DNA from: Phoronis australis | Lineage: Eukaryota; Animalia; Phoronida | NCBI GenBank assembly: GCA_002633005.1 | Contig: NMRA01000242.1 | Coordinates: 532,868 to 596,867 of the forward strand | Length of the DNA: 64,000 nt | Direction: 5' to 3' | Shown here: positions 50,654 through 62,917 of the stretch, one piece after another | Position numbering within the stretch: the stretch's first letter is position 1 | Layout of the letters: the number at the start of each line of letters is the position of its first letter | Program-made: the position numbers and the translations under genes | Notes under the pieces: generated by a model | Databases searched by the model: none | Told to the model about the DNA's origin: nothing | What the model saw: the letters and a program-made list of their open reading frames with translations, nothing else

Positions 50654-53502
50654 TTACTTTGAGGAGGTCCCATTCAACGTATACTGTCCTGTAATGATGT
50701 GACCACTCCCAGTGTCCTGCAATTTGAGAACCACGTTTCTTCACTGAATAACAGGCATCAAATTTGTTGCGTCCCATTCCCAACCATGGTTTTGTATGAT
50801 CTCACTTTTCTCGCAACAAGCTTCAGCCTACCAGCACTTCCCAAGTTCATCGCTGATCCAGTGGTTTGTGTTCAAGTGGACTAGCTAGCTGACTAGCCAG
50901 TGGTGGATTTAGAGGGGGGCTATGGCCTAACTAAAATTCTCCCAGCTCCCATTTGGCAATTCGGGGTGCAAATGTTTGGCGAACTAAATCCTGGCTAATA
51001 CTCTGCCCTGTTCCCCCAAACTCAAAATCCTGGATCTGCTTTGTGGAAGTGCTGATGGAAGAGAACGGAGTAACAAAGCTTGTCTATGATACAGCTTGAA
51101 GTGGCCTTAATATTTCACTGAACCTGGAACAATTATTGAAATATGAATAATAAGTACTCCAGATTGGATCAAAAATGTTATCCGTTTTTCAAAAATATAT
51201 GGTGACTGCTCTACAGTTTCACATAAAATTAAATAATTACTATTTTCAGAAACCAAGGGTGTATATAATAAGTATTGCATAAAACTCTGTCTTTATTTTT
51301 TTATTCCTAGCCATAACAATTCTTTAAACGCATCACTTGTCTGCAAAATATACATTTTTTTTGAGAAAACTTCAAACCTTTGTTACCCATTTTCAAGCCT
51401 TTTTAATTTTGATACTTTTTTCAGCAATTTTTAACTCAGATTACAGGTTCATGGGTCTGTCAAGCATACTTCTAGTCTAAGGTTGAGGGAACCGTTTCTC
51501 AGACTTTTAATTTTTCTTCTAATAGAAGATATGAAGACTTAGGTCATTTAAAAATGATGTATAATCTTTCCGTTGTTTAAGAGTAATTACAAATTGTAAG
51601 GCACCATCAAAAATGCAATTTTCACAAAAATGGCAGTCATTTGAATTTATAACGACTTGCAACATTTCAAGGCATGAGTTAAGACTATTCAGTCACTGTG
51701 AATTCAGAAAATGTAATATATTTTCATGGGTTTACAATTGATACAAGTAGCAAAACAGTTTCACGAAATCAACTTGAAGGGACTTCATGAAGGTTAAGAA
51801 TTACCTCACCAAGCTCTTTTCCCCAAACATGTATTACCTGTTATTTCCACACATTCAGCTGTACCAAATATTACAACCCTAACCCCCCATGCCAATCCCC
51901 CGCTAAGGACCTGAATAAGTAAATTAAGAAAATGACTTACATACCTTTCTTTAAAAATAGATGTTCCTTTTCAAAGGCTTTGTTCGTTGTCTCCAATATT
52001 GAAAGTAGGCTTTGACAACAGATCTGCACTGGATGGGAAGATCTTGTTGGTTAACTTCATGCAGTCAAATGCTAAAAACCAATTTTTTACCATTCAGGGA
52101 CGGTGCAGAAGCGATGCATATCTCCTCTGCACGGTACAAGCCCTCAAACCTAAAAACCAAAGGTTACGTGAAAACTAACGTGATAGATTTCCATTTCAAC
52201 GTGTAATAGATTTCCAGAAGACATATGATAGGGAGTAAACAAACAGTCTAATGCAATGGATATTTGTCACTCATGTACCCTTTGCCATTGGGCTTGGGTT
52301 GTAATCTTAACTCATTAACCTGTATCGAGTTGACAGCATAAACATTCAGCATTGATTGATGTAACTGTTACTGATAAACTGTTAGAAATCATTCCAAACA
52401 ATAATAATGCTTTGATGTACGAAAAGATCCCGATTGCTACGTCAAATATCGTATCACATATCACAACCAACAAAGATTAACCAGACTGGCGATTGACTGC
52501 CGCGAAGTCGACATCAGCGAGTACCTCAGTTAACAGGCATCGGCAGAATAATCATGGAATAATCGTTAAAATAAGCACAAATCTTACCTTTGTATGAGGT
52601 CGTGCTTACTTCCTCTCATAGAAGCACCCTTTTCACGCAATCTCATATTCAGTTGGCACGGCTGCAAGCCATTTCACCATGTATTTAAAGGGCTCGCGAA
52701 ATTGAGGCTGATAATCTATCACCACTAGTACACGCGCGCCCTGTAGATTTTCCGAATAGCCCCATTAAGTGTCAGAATATGTTTCATTGGTTTTTATGCA
52801 CATTCACGATATTGTTAAAACGTCTGAAAACGGATCATATGACTTTAATTTTTCAAGTTTCAAAGTAGCAGATAAAGATAAGATAAAGGCAAGGTAAGGA
52901 CACTTTTATTATTTGTCAAACTGCAGAATGGAACTGTAATTAAAACGAATTCAACTATAGATAGAAAATCGAACGTCGGCTAGTCCCTATTGGCTCAGTC
53001 GGATGGCGGAGAGTGAAAATATGATAGTGATGAAATTGCAGTAAAGTGATATTTGTATCCAAATTATCGTGGGAATTTATTTAGCTATTTTATTTTGATT
53101 TGTTATACATATTTTTGTCTGTATCTAAATCGGTAAACGAGTAATGTTATCTTCCCAATGACGAGTTCGCTAATCGAATGAACTAGATTTCATTTGTGAC
53201 TTGCGTCGATCAAAAAATTTATCGGATCACTCTTGCTTAATATTGATGGTTACTTTGAAGTATGATATCAATATATATATGTTAGGGTAATTTCGGTTAT
53301 TTTTAGAGTTTATTCCGTAAGTAAACGTATATTTTCGGTTTGTTTCCTGTTAATTGGCTGTTTACCGAGATTAGTGGGAATTCCGAGACACACATCCAGT
53401 GCAGAGAAAGTAGTCCGTTGCACGAGACTTTATATGTCAATAGACAAGTTATTTCACGTCTTGCACGTGCGTTTGTTGTACATCGTTTATTAACATGTAT
53501 AT

Positions 53503-54627
53503 ATAGATTATCTCACATACACGGGAATACTACTGCCATATCCTATCTCGAATACATTTCGTCTGGGAATGTCCCAACGAGACCGAAGTTCGAGTTGGGA
53601 CATTCCCAGATGAAATGAATTCGAGATAGGATATCGCAGAAGTATTTCTATGTATGTGAGATAACCTATTTATATCATATATAATATATTGGACTTATTT
53701 GCATCACTGCCGCAAAATCATGTTGCCACGTGCTCCGGCTTGTTGTTATATGACGTTATGGGTATGCCAAGTACGGTACCCAAGCCGGTTAAGAGACAAG
53801 ACTGTGAAAGGGTTGAATATCAAGTTAAGATTTATTTCTTTATAAATTGATTAGATTTTTCAGTTTGTGAAATTTACATGTTAAAGCACTGAACCATTCA
53901 AAAATATCAAAAATTTGTCGGAAACTTAGAAGCAATCAGTCCGGAATTATAAAAGTTGAAACAATCCCTGAACAGTTGTGCAGCAGTGTGTCGTTTTAGC
54001 TTCGACGAATTTCTTACTTTCTTGGTCTATTTTCGTGTCTTAGCTTCTGGACTGTAAATGATAATAGAAACATTGCCGTGTTGATCACAACATTGGGAAA
54101 TAACGGTGGAAACTGTGCCGACTTGTAGAACTTGATGCCAGGACTGTATCGCAAAAAACCCAGATTTTAGGCTACGACCGGCAGTGACGGAGAGTTGAAC
54201 ACTACGCGCAGACGATATTAGGTGGCAGTTTCCTGTAAAAACTTCAGCTCTAAGTGTACATATACTGTAGGCATCCATAACGAAACGTTTTCGTCGGATT
54301 TGACTTAGTTTTTTTGGCTGATTCTGTTGGCCGGGGACGCTATTTAGCTTGGCTATTGATGATGAAGCTGACTGAAACTTCAGCGGGGCCCAAAAATATC
54401 CGCCCGATTCAGTACCATGCGTCGGAATTTTCATCGGTAAATCTTGTCTGGTTTTAGAGAAGTAAAACTGCTTTTTCTGGAACGACGCCTTGTATTAATG
54501 ATGTAGGTAACCCAAATGAACTAGCTCAATCAAGTTTGGCGTTGCACTTGGGAATTTACTCCAGGAGACTGCTCACCAACCGTGAAATACGGCTTCTACA
54601 GTTGTATACGGCTTCTAAAGTTGTATA
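53503..54627 (+). repeat. Dispersed element with a long palindromic head (second copy 58286-60320)
   Basis: A hairpin at 53503-53669 is followed by a body that aligns directly with 59464-60310. Confidence 0.7.
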
Positions 54628-54698
54628 NNNNNNNNNNNNNNNNNNNNNNNNNNNNNNNNNNNNNNNNNNNNNNNNNNNNNNNNNNNNNNNNNNNNNNN
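54628..54698. other. Assembly gap (71 N)
   Basis: Run of N, preceded by a tandem repeat tacggcttcta.agttgta. Confidence 0.99.
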
Positions 54699-55118
54699 CT
54701 GGCTGCCGCAAAAAAATAAAACAGTAAGAGCTTTGGGAAATGTTGAGTTTATTAATAAACCCCGGTAATTAAAATTATACGGATGAAAAAAGATTTAAAT
54801 GTGTGCAGTTTTGGTGTTGTCCAATTTCGGAAAACGGCGCATTCGTAACGGAACTATGGCTAAGTATATAGGCTCTCCCGCGATATCCCAGGCGACCGGC
54901 AGTGGCGCTGCGCACTACGACTCCGTTTCCGTCGTCTGCTCAAGGAAAATGCTTGATTTTAGAGGTAAAAACAGAAAAATTTCCTGGGCGGGAGGGGGGC
55001 TCCCGATCTCCCCCCATTCGGTGCTATGCTCATCTACAATCATGGTTCGGTTTGCGCAAATACTTACAGCCGGACGAAATGTTGGGCACCCCTTGTGATA
55101 TCCTAGATCCGCCACTGA
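54699..55118 (-). mobile_element. CAG-terminal MITE, truncated by the gap (inverted copy of 58492-59463 without its insert)
   Basis: Reverse complement of cagtggcggatctaggatatcacaag..., with high identity to 58492-58640 plus 59152-59430. Confidence 0.8.
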
Positions 55119-55787
55119 TAAAATATGTAGAATAAAATATTCTCTCATGGGTATGATGAACAACAAAAAGCGTCACCTGAGATGTGGCTATCCGCTCTTG
55201 GGATTCGTCGCCAATGTTGTTAGTGGATCTTCTGTTCAAACCGTACGTCCAACATTTAGGGGAAGTTTCATCATCTTAGCAGTGGGCGTAGATGCGATGT
55301 AGTAGTGCAAATAGGACAGGTTCAAAAGGGCCATGGAGGATTTAGTATAAAGAAAATACTAAATGTGGGTGATCTAAGAAATAAACACAAGCTTCAAAAT
55401 AGATATTTTTGGGCGTGAAAACATTGTTTCAACACATTGAAAGTGGTTATATCAAATAACTCGGGTAAAACGCAATAATTTTTGAAAATATTTTACTACT
55501 GATTTTAAATGTCTTAGTCCTACCCATGGGCCGAAATTGGTGGAAATTGGCTGACGCCCACGTTGCTGATTAGTGCTTTTAACAATTTAAAAAAATTGTT
55601 ATCTGTATTGCAGAAAATAGATTCGTAGCACCAGCAAAGCATCATTTTGAAATAATTTTGTATTGGTGACCCGAAGTCACTAATCAATGAGCGCATTCCT
55701 ATATAACCGATGTATTAGTTTGTACTGTTGAGACTAAGATACTCCTACATAAACATATTCTTGTCTAAGCAATTAATTTGTTTGCAG

Positions 55788-56120
55788 TCGGTCCCACCAC
55801 AGTTTCAGTGTCGAGCGTTGATGCAAGGTGGGGCGTGTTAAGAAACAACACACTGTTTGTTAAAAGTGGACTCACATATGTCCTTACGTGTGAAACGGAC
55901 GCCGTACTCCAAACCGCGACTGTCGTTTGGTCTCATGGAGTCATAGCAGGAACGCAGTCTAACATGACCAGCGTCAAAGAAGCCTTTGGTAAACGATTCA
56001 GTAAAAACTTGACGTTTACCGCGACGGAAGAGTACCACATGCTTCAGTTGACATGTAATGCCACTAATGACCTAGATCAATTGGTGAACGCGAGTACAGA
56101 GTACTGTTTGGTGCTCGTTT
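55788..56120 (+). CDS. Multi-Ig protein, Ig exon C
   Basis: tttgcag|...|gtaagt, 333 nt, phase 1-1. GPTTVSV...YVLTCETD...VVWS...YHMLQLTCNATN. Confidence 0.9.
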
Positions 56121-56867
56121 GTAAGTCTCTTTTCTGATTTCTCGAACTAGCATTTCTTTCCTAAATGTCTCAAGCGATGAAGATGTATCACAGAACGCAA
56201 ACTGCTAAGTGGTTAAGTTGCCGGACTCAGATTTGGCAAATGAAGCGTGAGTTCTTATTCAGCCCAGTTATAAATACAGTGGCCGATTAACATCATGTTC
56301 AAAATTGAGCTACAGTTGGGCCCCTTGTTACAGTTCCGGCGGACAGGCCAAGTGGGCGTTTGGTCAATGTATGATTGGTCGCGGTCATCCTATTCAACTC
56401 TGATAAATGTGTCCCTTTTCTTTTCTTAATTCTAAGACATGGCACATCCGTTAAAACTGGCGAGCTACACTTGATGTAAACATTATTCAATGATATCCAA
56501 TTTTGAACAAGCTGAAAAGTGCTGCAAGGATGGACTGCACGATCGTTGCATGATATATTTCCCAAATTCTAACCGATTGTTTCTCTGACGAGCATCTCCC
56601 GGAAGTTGAAGTCTCTTTGGGCTCAATACTATAAGACCACCCCTCCGAACAGTTGGGGTACCATCGAAAATCTAAACATAGTTTCATACCGTGAATTCCT
56701 AATAGCATGTACATGCAATCAGACAATAAAACATACTGCATTATGATCAGATTTGTGGCACATTAACCTCGGTGAAAGTCAATATGGGGATTTGTAAATA
56801 ATGACTCAAACTTTGGCGTGTGTACAAATCTTTCCGAAGTACGCACACTTTTGCGTTTTTTAACTAG

Positions 56868-57206
56868 TTGGACCGACTGCAATCACAATTGTCGCTGAAA
56901 GCATACTGTCCGCAATATTTGACCACTCTGCCGAAGTACTAAGTGTTCAAGAAGGACAAACGTACGTGCTGGTTTGCCGAACGAACATGACGTCGCCAAG
57001 CGCAAGAGTGACATGGTCGTTTGAGGGGCTGGATGGAAAAGAGTCAGTTACAGTGAATACGTCCTCTGGTGTCGGTTATGTATACACTAGAAATTTCACT
57101 TTTACTGCAAAAGCATTTCACAATGGACGCTCAGTAATTTGCAGTGCTTTCAACGACATGGACCAAAGCTTGAATATTACACGGAAGTACAACGTCTACG
57201 TCGTTT
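56868..57206 (+). CDS. Multi-Ig protein, Ig exon D
   Basis: taactag|...|gtaagt, 339 nt, phase 1-1. GPTAITI...YVLVCRTNMTSPSARVTWS...HNGRSVICSAFN...YNVYV. Confidence 0.9.
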
Positions 57207-57407
57207 GTAAGTACCAGGAGATGAAATCTTGAATATGAGATTATTCAAATAGTTGGATATTTTGGGAAGTGATATATAATCAAAAAGATCATGAAAGTAA
57301 GAGGGGAGAGGGGTTTGGTTGATAACAATCTTTTCAATTGCGAAGGTGCATTCCTTTTGGAATAAATGCAGTGGTTGCGATTGCTTAAAGTTTTTTTTTT
57401 ACTCCAG

Positions 57408-57743
57408 TTGGTCCAACTAAAATAAACATTACGGACAAAAGTAGTGCGCCCGGTATCTCGTCAGACCGTGGTTACAAGATAAGGAATCATCTCCGGTACA
57501 CATTCAATTGTGAAACGGATTCGGCGAATCCAGGCGTTACCCTTAACTGGAATTTTTCAAGAATAGTCGGTAATCAGTCTGCATCAAGAAACAAGACAGG
57601 CGCTTATGAAGGCAGACGGTTTAACAGCAAATTTGCCTTCATCGCACAGCCTTCTTACAATAACCTTAAGATCGTCTGCACCGCAGTAAACAAGATTGCT
57701 CCTGAGAGAATAATCGCCGCGTCGCTTAACCTTACTGTTATAT
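57408..57743 (+). CDS. Multi-Ig protein, Ig exon E (missing from the ORF track)
   Basis: ctccag|...|gtaagt, 336 nt, phase 1-1, open frame. GPTKINI...YTFNCETDSANPGVTLNWN...YNNLKIVCTAVN...LNLTVI. Confidence 0.9.
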
Positions 57744-57855
57744 GTAAGTATTGAAATTGCATTCGTTTACCGACCTTACTGTTAATGCTATCTGAACAAC
57801 ATTGTATTCCCACAGTCACACCACCAATGTATTTCATTTACACCTACTTTTATAG

Positions 57856-58185
57856 TTGGACCAACAAATCTGACTATCCGAAACGTTAAGTCAAAGTCTG
57901 GTGACACTACAGCTATTAGCCCATTTAAGGCATTGGAGTCCAACGAATACACCTTGATATGTGAAACAAGTGAAACGAACCTAGCACCAACCATAACCTG
58001 GTCGTCAGCGATTGGAAAGGGGAAGCAGTCCGCAGCAGTGACAAATCTCGGTGACGAAAACAGATACGGGATGAATTACACATTCACAGCTGATCCCTTA
58101 CTTGACAACACGTCCTTGACTTGCAATGCAACAAATCCCGACAGTCTAAAATCTGTAGAAGCTGCTGTACTCTTAGATGTTCATT
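57856..58185 (+). CDS. Multi-Ig protein, Ig exon F
   Basis: ttatag|...|gtaagt, 330 nt, phase 1-1. GPTNLTI...YTLICETSETNLAPTITWS...DNTSLTCNATN...LLDVH. Confidence 0.9.
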
Positions 58186-58491
58186 GTAAGTTATATTTGA
58201 TGAAATAACACGATAATACTTTAATAAATTAATCCTGCCTAACATATTGGATACCGAGGGTTGAACTCGTGAATATGGATGACATATAGGTTATCCCACA
58301 TACATAGGAATAATGCTACCATATATTACCGAGAATTCGGTCTCGTTGGGACATTCAGGCGAAACGAATTCGAGATAGGATATCGCTGTAGTATTCCTAC
58401 GTATGTGGGATAACCTATTCATCCCAAGTATATTTGTATCATCGTGGTATTACCTTGTTGCCGTGTGCTGCAGCATGTCGTTATGTGATGT

Positions 58492-59463
58492 CAGTGGCGG
58501 ATCTAGGATATCACAAGCGGGGGCCAACATTTTGTCTGGCTGTAAGAATTTGCGTGAACTGAACCACGATTGTAGACGCGCATAGCACCGCCCAGGAAAT
58601 TTTTCTGTTTTTGCCTCTAAAAATCAAGCATTTTCCTTGATTCCTGAAGTATTAATCACGAAAAAAGGCAAAAAAACGGAGAACGTGTCAAACAGGAAAA
58701 ACTGCAAGTACCGAAGACTCGAACTCACGACCTGGCAATTAGTGCGCGCGTGCGTTGCCACTATACACGTACCACCACGATTTAACTACTAATCTCATAC
58801 TAAGAGACCTACTTGTTTATGGTCCACAGCGTTTGCGCGCGAAACCTACTTTTTTGTAATGCTTATTACACTTTTATATTTTGTGCCATCGATTCTCAAC
58901 AAATTTGTCGTATTTAAAATAGTCTTCAAATGCCAAAAAGACCAAATCCGTTTTTCGTGTTGGCAATAATGACGGGATTGCTTTGGAAATCGTCTTAAGA
59001 TAAGGTTTGGCAAAGAGTGTATTGCGAGTTTCTGAGTGATTCACTAAGGCTTCGATTAAAATTCACATCTTACCAGCAGCTTCTGTTTTGTCATCGTCAC
59101 TCAGGTTCCATTTTCTTTAAAAAATGAAGTAAATTTTCTTCATTGCACAGTGGAGCAGACGACGAAAACGGAGTCGTAGTGCGCAGCGCCACTGCCGGTC
59201 GCCTGGGATATCGCGGGAGAGCCTATACTTAGCCATGATAGTTCCGTTAAGAATGCACCGTGTTCCGAATTTGACACTTGAAATTGGATTTGAGCCCCCC
59301 CTCCTCCCCAACACTAAAACTGCACACATTTAAATCTTTTTTCATCCGTATAATTTTAATTACCGAGGTTAATTAATAAACTCAACATTTCCCTGCGCTC
59401 TTATTGTTTTATTTTTTTTGGGGCAGCCAAGGGGGGGGCCCGGGCCCCCTAAATCCGCCTATG
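58492..59463 (+). mobile_element. CAG-terminal MITE with 5-bp TSD and a nested ~510-bp insert
   Basis: Ends are cagtggcggatcta ... taaatccgcctatg; TSD gatgt. The insert at 58640-59151 is absent from the 54699-55118 copy and contains a minus-strand B box (gagttcgagtc). Confidence 0.8.
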
Positions 59464-61368
59464 GATGTCATACGTATGCCATGTACGGTACCCAAGTTGG
59501 TTAAGCGACAAGACAGTCTGTGAAATTGTAAAATGACTAGTAAAGTTTTATTTCATAATAAATTGATACTAATTTTCAGTTTGTGAAATATAAGTTAAAG
59601 CACAGAACCATTCAATAATATCAAAACTTTGTCGGAACTTTAGAAACAATTCATCCCGGAATATAAAAATTTAAACATTTCATGAACCGAGTTGTGTTGG
59701 TCTACTTTTGTGTCTTAGCTTCTGGACAGTAAGTAGTAATAGAAAGATTTCCCAGTGTTGATCACAGAACTGGAAAATAAAGGTGGGAACTGTACTGATT
59801 TGCAGATCATGAGAAAAAGACTTTCCCAAAAAGCAGGTTTTACGATACGGCTGCCAGCGACCGTCAGCACGCTGAACCCTACGAGCAGACGATTGGCTCA
59901 TTAAAATCGTATACTTGTTATTAAAGCTGAATTTCCTGTAAAGACATTAGATCTCAGTGTAGATATACTGTATGCATCCAAAACGAAACGTTTTCGTTGG
60001 ATTTGAGTTAAATTTTTGGCTGATTTTGCTGGCCGGGGACGCTACTTAGCTTGACCTACTTATGATTACCCAGACTGAAAGTCCAGTGAGGCCCAAAAAT
60101 AGCAGCCGTGCTTTGGAAATTTCATCGGTATTTTTCTGCTTTGAGAGCAGTAAAACTGCTTTTTCAGGAACGAAGCCTTGGATTGATGATTTGGAAAACC
60201 CAAATGAACGAGCTCAATCAAATTTGGCTTCGCATACGCGAATTTACTCGATAAGGAGACTGCTCACCAGCCGTGAAATAACGGCTTCTGCCGTTGAATA
60301 CGGCCTCTACCGCGGTATGAGGATTGGTTCTTCTTTCCCGTATTCCATTGTTGAAAACGTGACGTATACAACATCCGTATGTTCACATACATAGGACAAA
60401 TTTGATTTATTCATTTACAAACACGGGAAACTCATTACATATTACATAGGCTAGTGCAACGATGGCATGAAGTTTAGAAATAACTATTCATTATTTTGGT
60501 ATTACTTTCGTTGTTATCAATATTTTTGTTACAGTGGATATAGTTATAATTATCTTAAAACCTTTACCGTGCCACGTGACTAAAATATGTCTGTGACGCT
60601 GTATAAAACAAAACAAGATATCAAAAAAGTACAAACAACAAATAATAAGTTCTATACATGCTAACTAAATACCTGCAAATAAAGAACGATGTAACTGGTG
60701 GCAAATAACATACATAAGTACAGTTTGGCAGCGACCCTCCTCCTTTATCGTACAAATGTCATTGAACAGGCGATTGACTTCGATTTTCCAATTTAATCAA
60801 CAGTCTTCAGCCGCGAAGTGCTGTCTACTAGTACTTAGTGAGATATATATTGTCAGCGGAAGTCCACTAGTATAACATTATCGGCGAGAAAAGTGAATTT
60901 CTGAATCCAGCCTCAAGGCAGATTTAAACCTGCCGTCGCCGTAATCGCAGTCTAACGCTCTGCATATTCTATGTGTACTTTTACTGGGAAAGTCATCAAC
61001 TCTGATTTCAGGTTGTGTGACTGACGACGGAGAGAATTGACTAACTATAATAAAACCACTAAATCACAAAATATTCTGGTGTTGTGTTACTCTGATCAAA
61101 CCTAATGACTTCAAAAAGTATATATCATCTAAAACTAATGCCAAGAATGCGTTTTGCAGTCGCAAAATGATAATGTTTCCATAAAACGGAGATCAAAATA
61201 CGAAAACCAATCAGTTCAAAACTGAATAATTTAAATGTCTGTGTGATCGATACATATTCGATCAAAACGTAAAATATTGTTAAAATACATTTTGTACTCA
61301 TGACAACCAGTTCCTTTGAATAACGTTTTTTTCTTTGACGATGGGGAGATTGGAATGTTCTGGACGTG

Positions 61369-61616
61369 GGGTCCGTTCCAAGAAACTGACGTAAATTCAT
61401 TTTTGACTTAAGTCTAAGATTTGTCATAACTTCCATACTTTGAAACTTCCATATACGGCAAGATAGATAAATTTAAGACAAAGCTTTTACCAAAAACTTA
61501 ATTCAAACTTAAGATTTCTTTCTTGAAACGGTATCGAGACAAATTTAAGTCTGATCTTAAAATTTACTAAAATTTAAGATTTGTCTTAGCTAAGTCAGTT
61601 TTGTTGGAACGGGCCC
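61369..61616. mobile_element. PIF/Harbinger-like MITE
   Basis: TIRs gggtccgttccaagaaactgac / gtcagttttgttggaacgggccc; 3-bp TSD gtg; internal ttaag repeats. Confidence 0.75.
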
Positions 61617-61755
61617 GTGGTTATTATTTATTTTAAACAGCAAATAAATTTCGTGGTTACTTCCAAAAGGAAAGGAACCAGAGTATGCAAAAGCTTTTTC
61701 AATAGACTTTGCAAATGATATGCAATGTACTGCATAAAAAGCATGTCTGTTATAG

Positions 61756-62055
61756 ACGGGCCTCGGCTAGTACGAATAACTTCAGGAGGAGCTGAGGTAG
61801 GTACGGCATTTACTGTTAGCGACAACACCACATTTACGTTAACGTGCATTGCCGAAGACGTGAAGCCTGGTGTTCGTATGGTATGGTCTAAGGGAAGTCC
61901 CAGTGACGTGAGAAATAACGGTTTGAAATATTACAAGGACACCACGTTGACTGCCACCCCATCACTGAACCGGGAAACGGTGCAGTGCTCTGCAGCCAGA
62001 ATTCCCATTGACGCCAACCTTTGGAAAAATACCTCCGTTTCGCTCAACGTGAACT
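61756..62055 (+). CDS. Multi-Ig protein, Ig exon G
   Basis: ttatag|...|gtaagt, 300 nt, phase 1-1. GPRLVRI...FTLTCIAEDVKPGVRMVWS...LNRETVQCSAA...VSLNVN. Confidence 0.88.
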
Positions 62056-62753
62056 GTAAGTTAAGATATTTTATACCACAATATTAGCGTCAAATGGCAG
62101 ACCCAACCGTGTAATAACCCATAAATTTATCTCACTAGTGAGATAACCATTTGGCGGGAAACCGAGTACGGGGTCGAACCCGGGACCCTAATATCGCTGG
62201 TCGCCGACTTTACGTCATCAAGAGTGAAAATAGAATACTTAAATGAGCACGCGCAATAATCGCACGTTCAACAAACCGCATTGTACTGTACTTATACGCT
62301 ACGAAAAATAAGACACACAATTTCCATAAAAATGATATCTTAATTCGGTGAAATTTTTCTCTCATGTCCTCTTACTTGTAAATCACCGATCTCTACTTTG
62401 AATGCGGGTATCGTGTCGTCAGGATCTTTGACTTGAGAATTATATTCAGTTACCAGTGGTAACCTACTTTAGCAGACGATAATTTCCGGGTCGAAGCTTA
62501 TCGTGAAAAAAACGTGTTTTAAGCTATAATAGTTGGCAAACCTTAATTTATAAATTCAATTTATTTCTATAATATTTAAGTTTTCAATTGGTGTTGAGTA
62601 AAAGCATTATTTGACAAAAATAGCCGGGCTTCTCTTAAAAGGTCACGACCTCCGACCCCGGGCCTCTGACATAGAAAGTAGTTACAAAGCCGCGGAGAGT
62701 CAGAAAAGGTAAATCGATTCATTGCAATGTTTCTAGTTTAGTATGTGGTATAA

Positions 62754-62917
62754 ATGGATTATTACATGTTCTCAGCCGTTATCCCCCTTATCTAGAGCCC
62801 TCGTGGATTTTGGAGAATTATCACCCTCGGGGCTAACGCCCCTCGGGCGATAATTCACCAAAATCCACTCGGGATCTAGATAACGGGGGATAACGACTTC
62901 GCCATGTAATAATCTAT
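62754..62917. repeat. Long imperfect palindrome (foldback MITE-like)
   Basis: gattattacatg...ttatcccc.ttatctaga...ccctcggggctaacgccctcgggcg...tctagataacgggggataa...catgtaataatc. Confidence 0.75.

Noticed and set aside
59146-59152. CACAGTG as an RSS heptamer or evidence of V(D)J-like rearrangement near the Ig exons
   Set aside because: No nonamer at 12/23 spacing and not adjacent to an exon. At most it is a lone Transib-like terminus of the nested insert.
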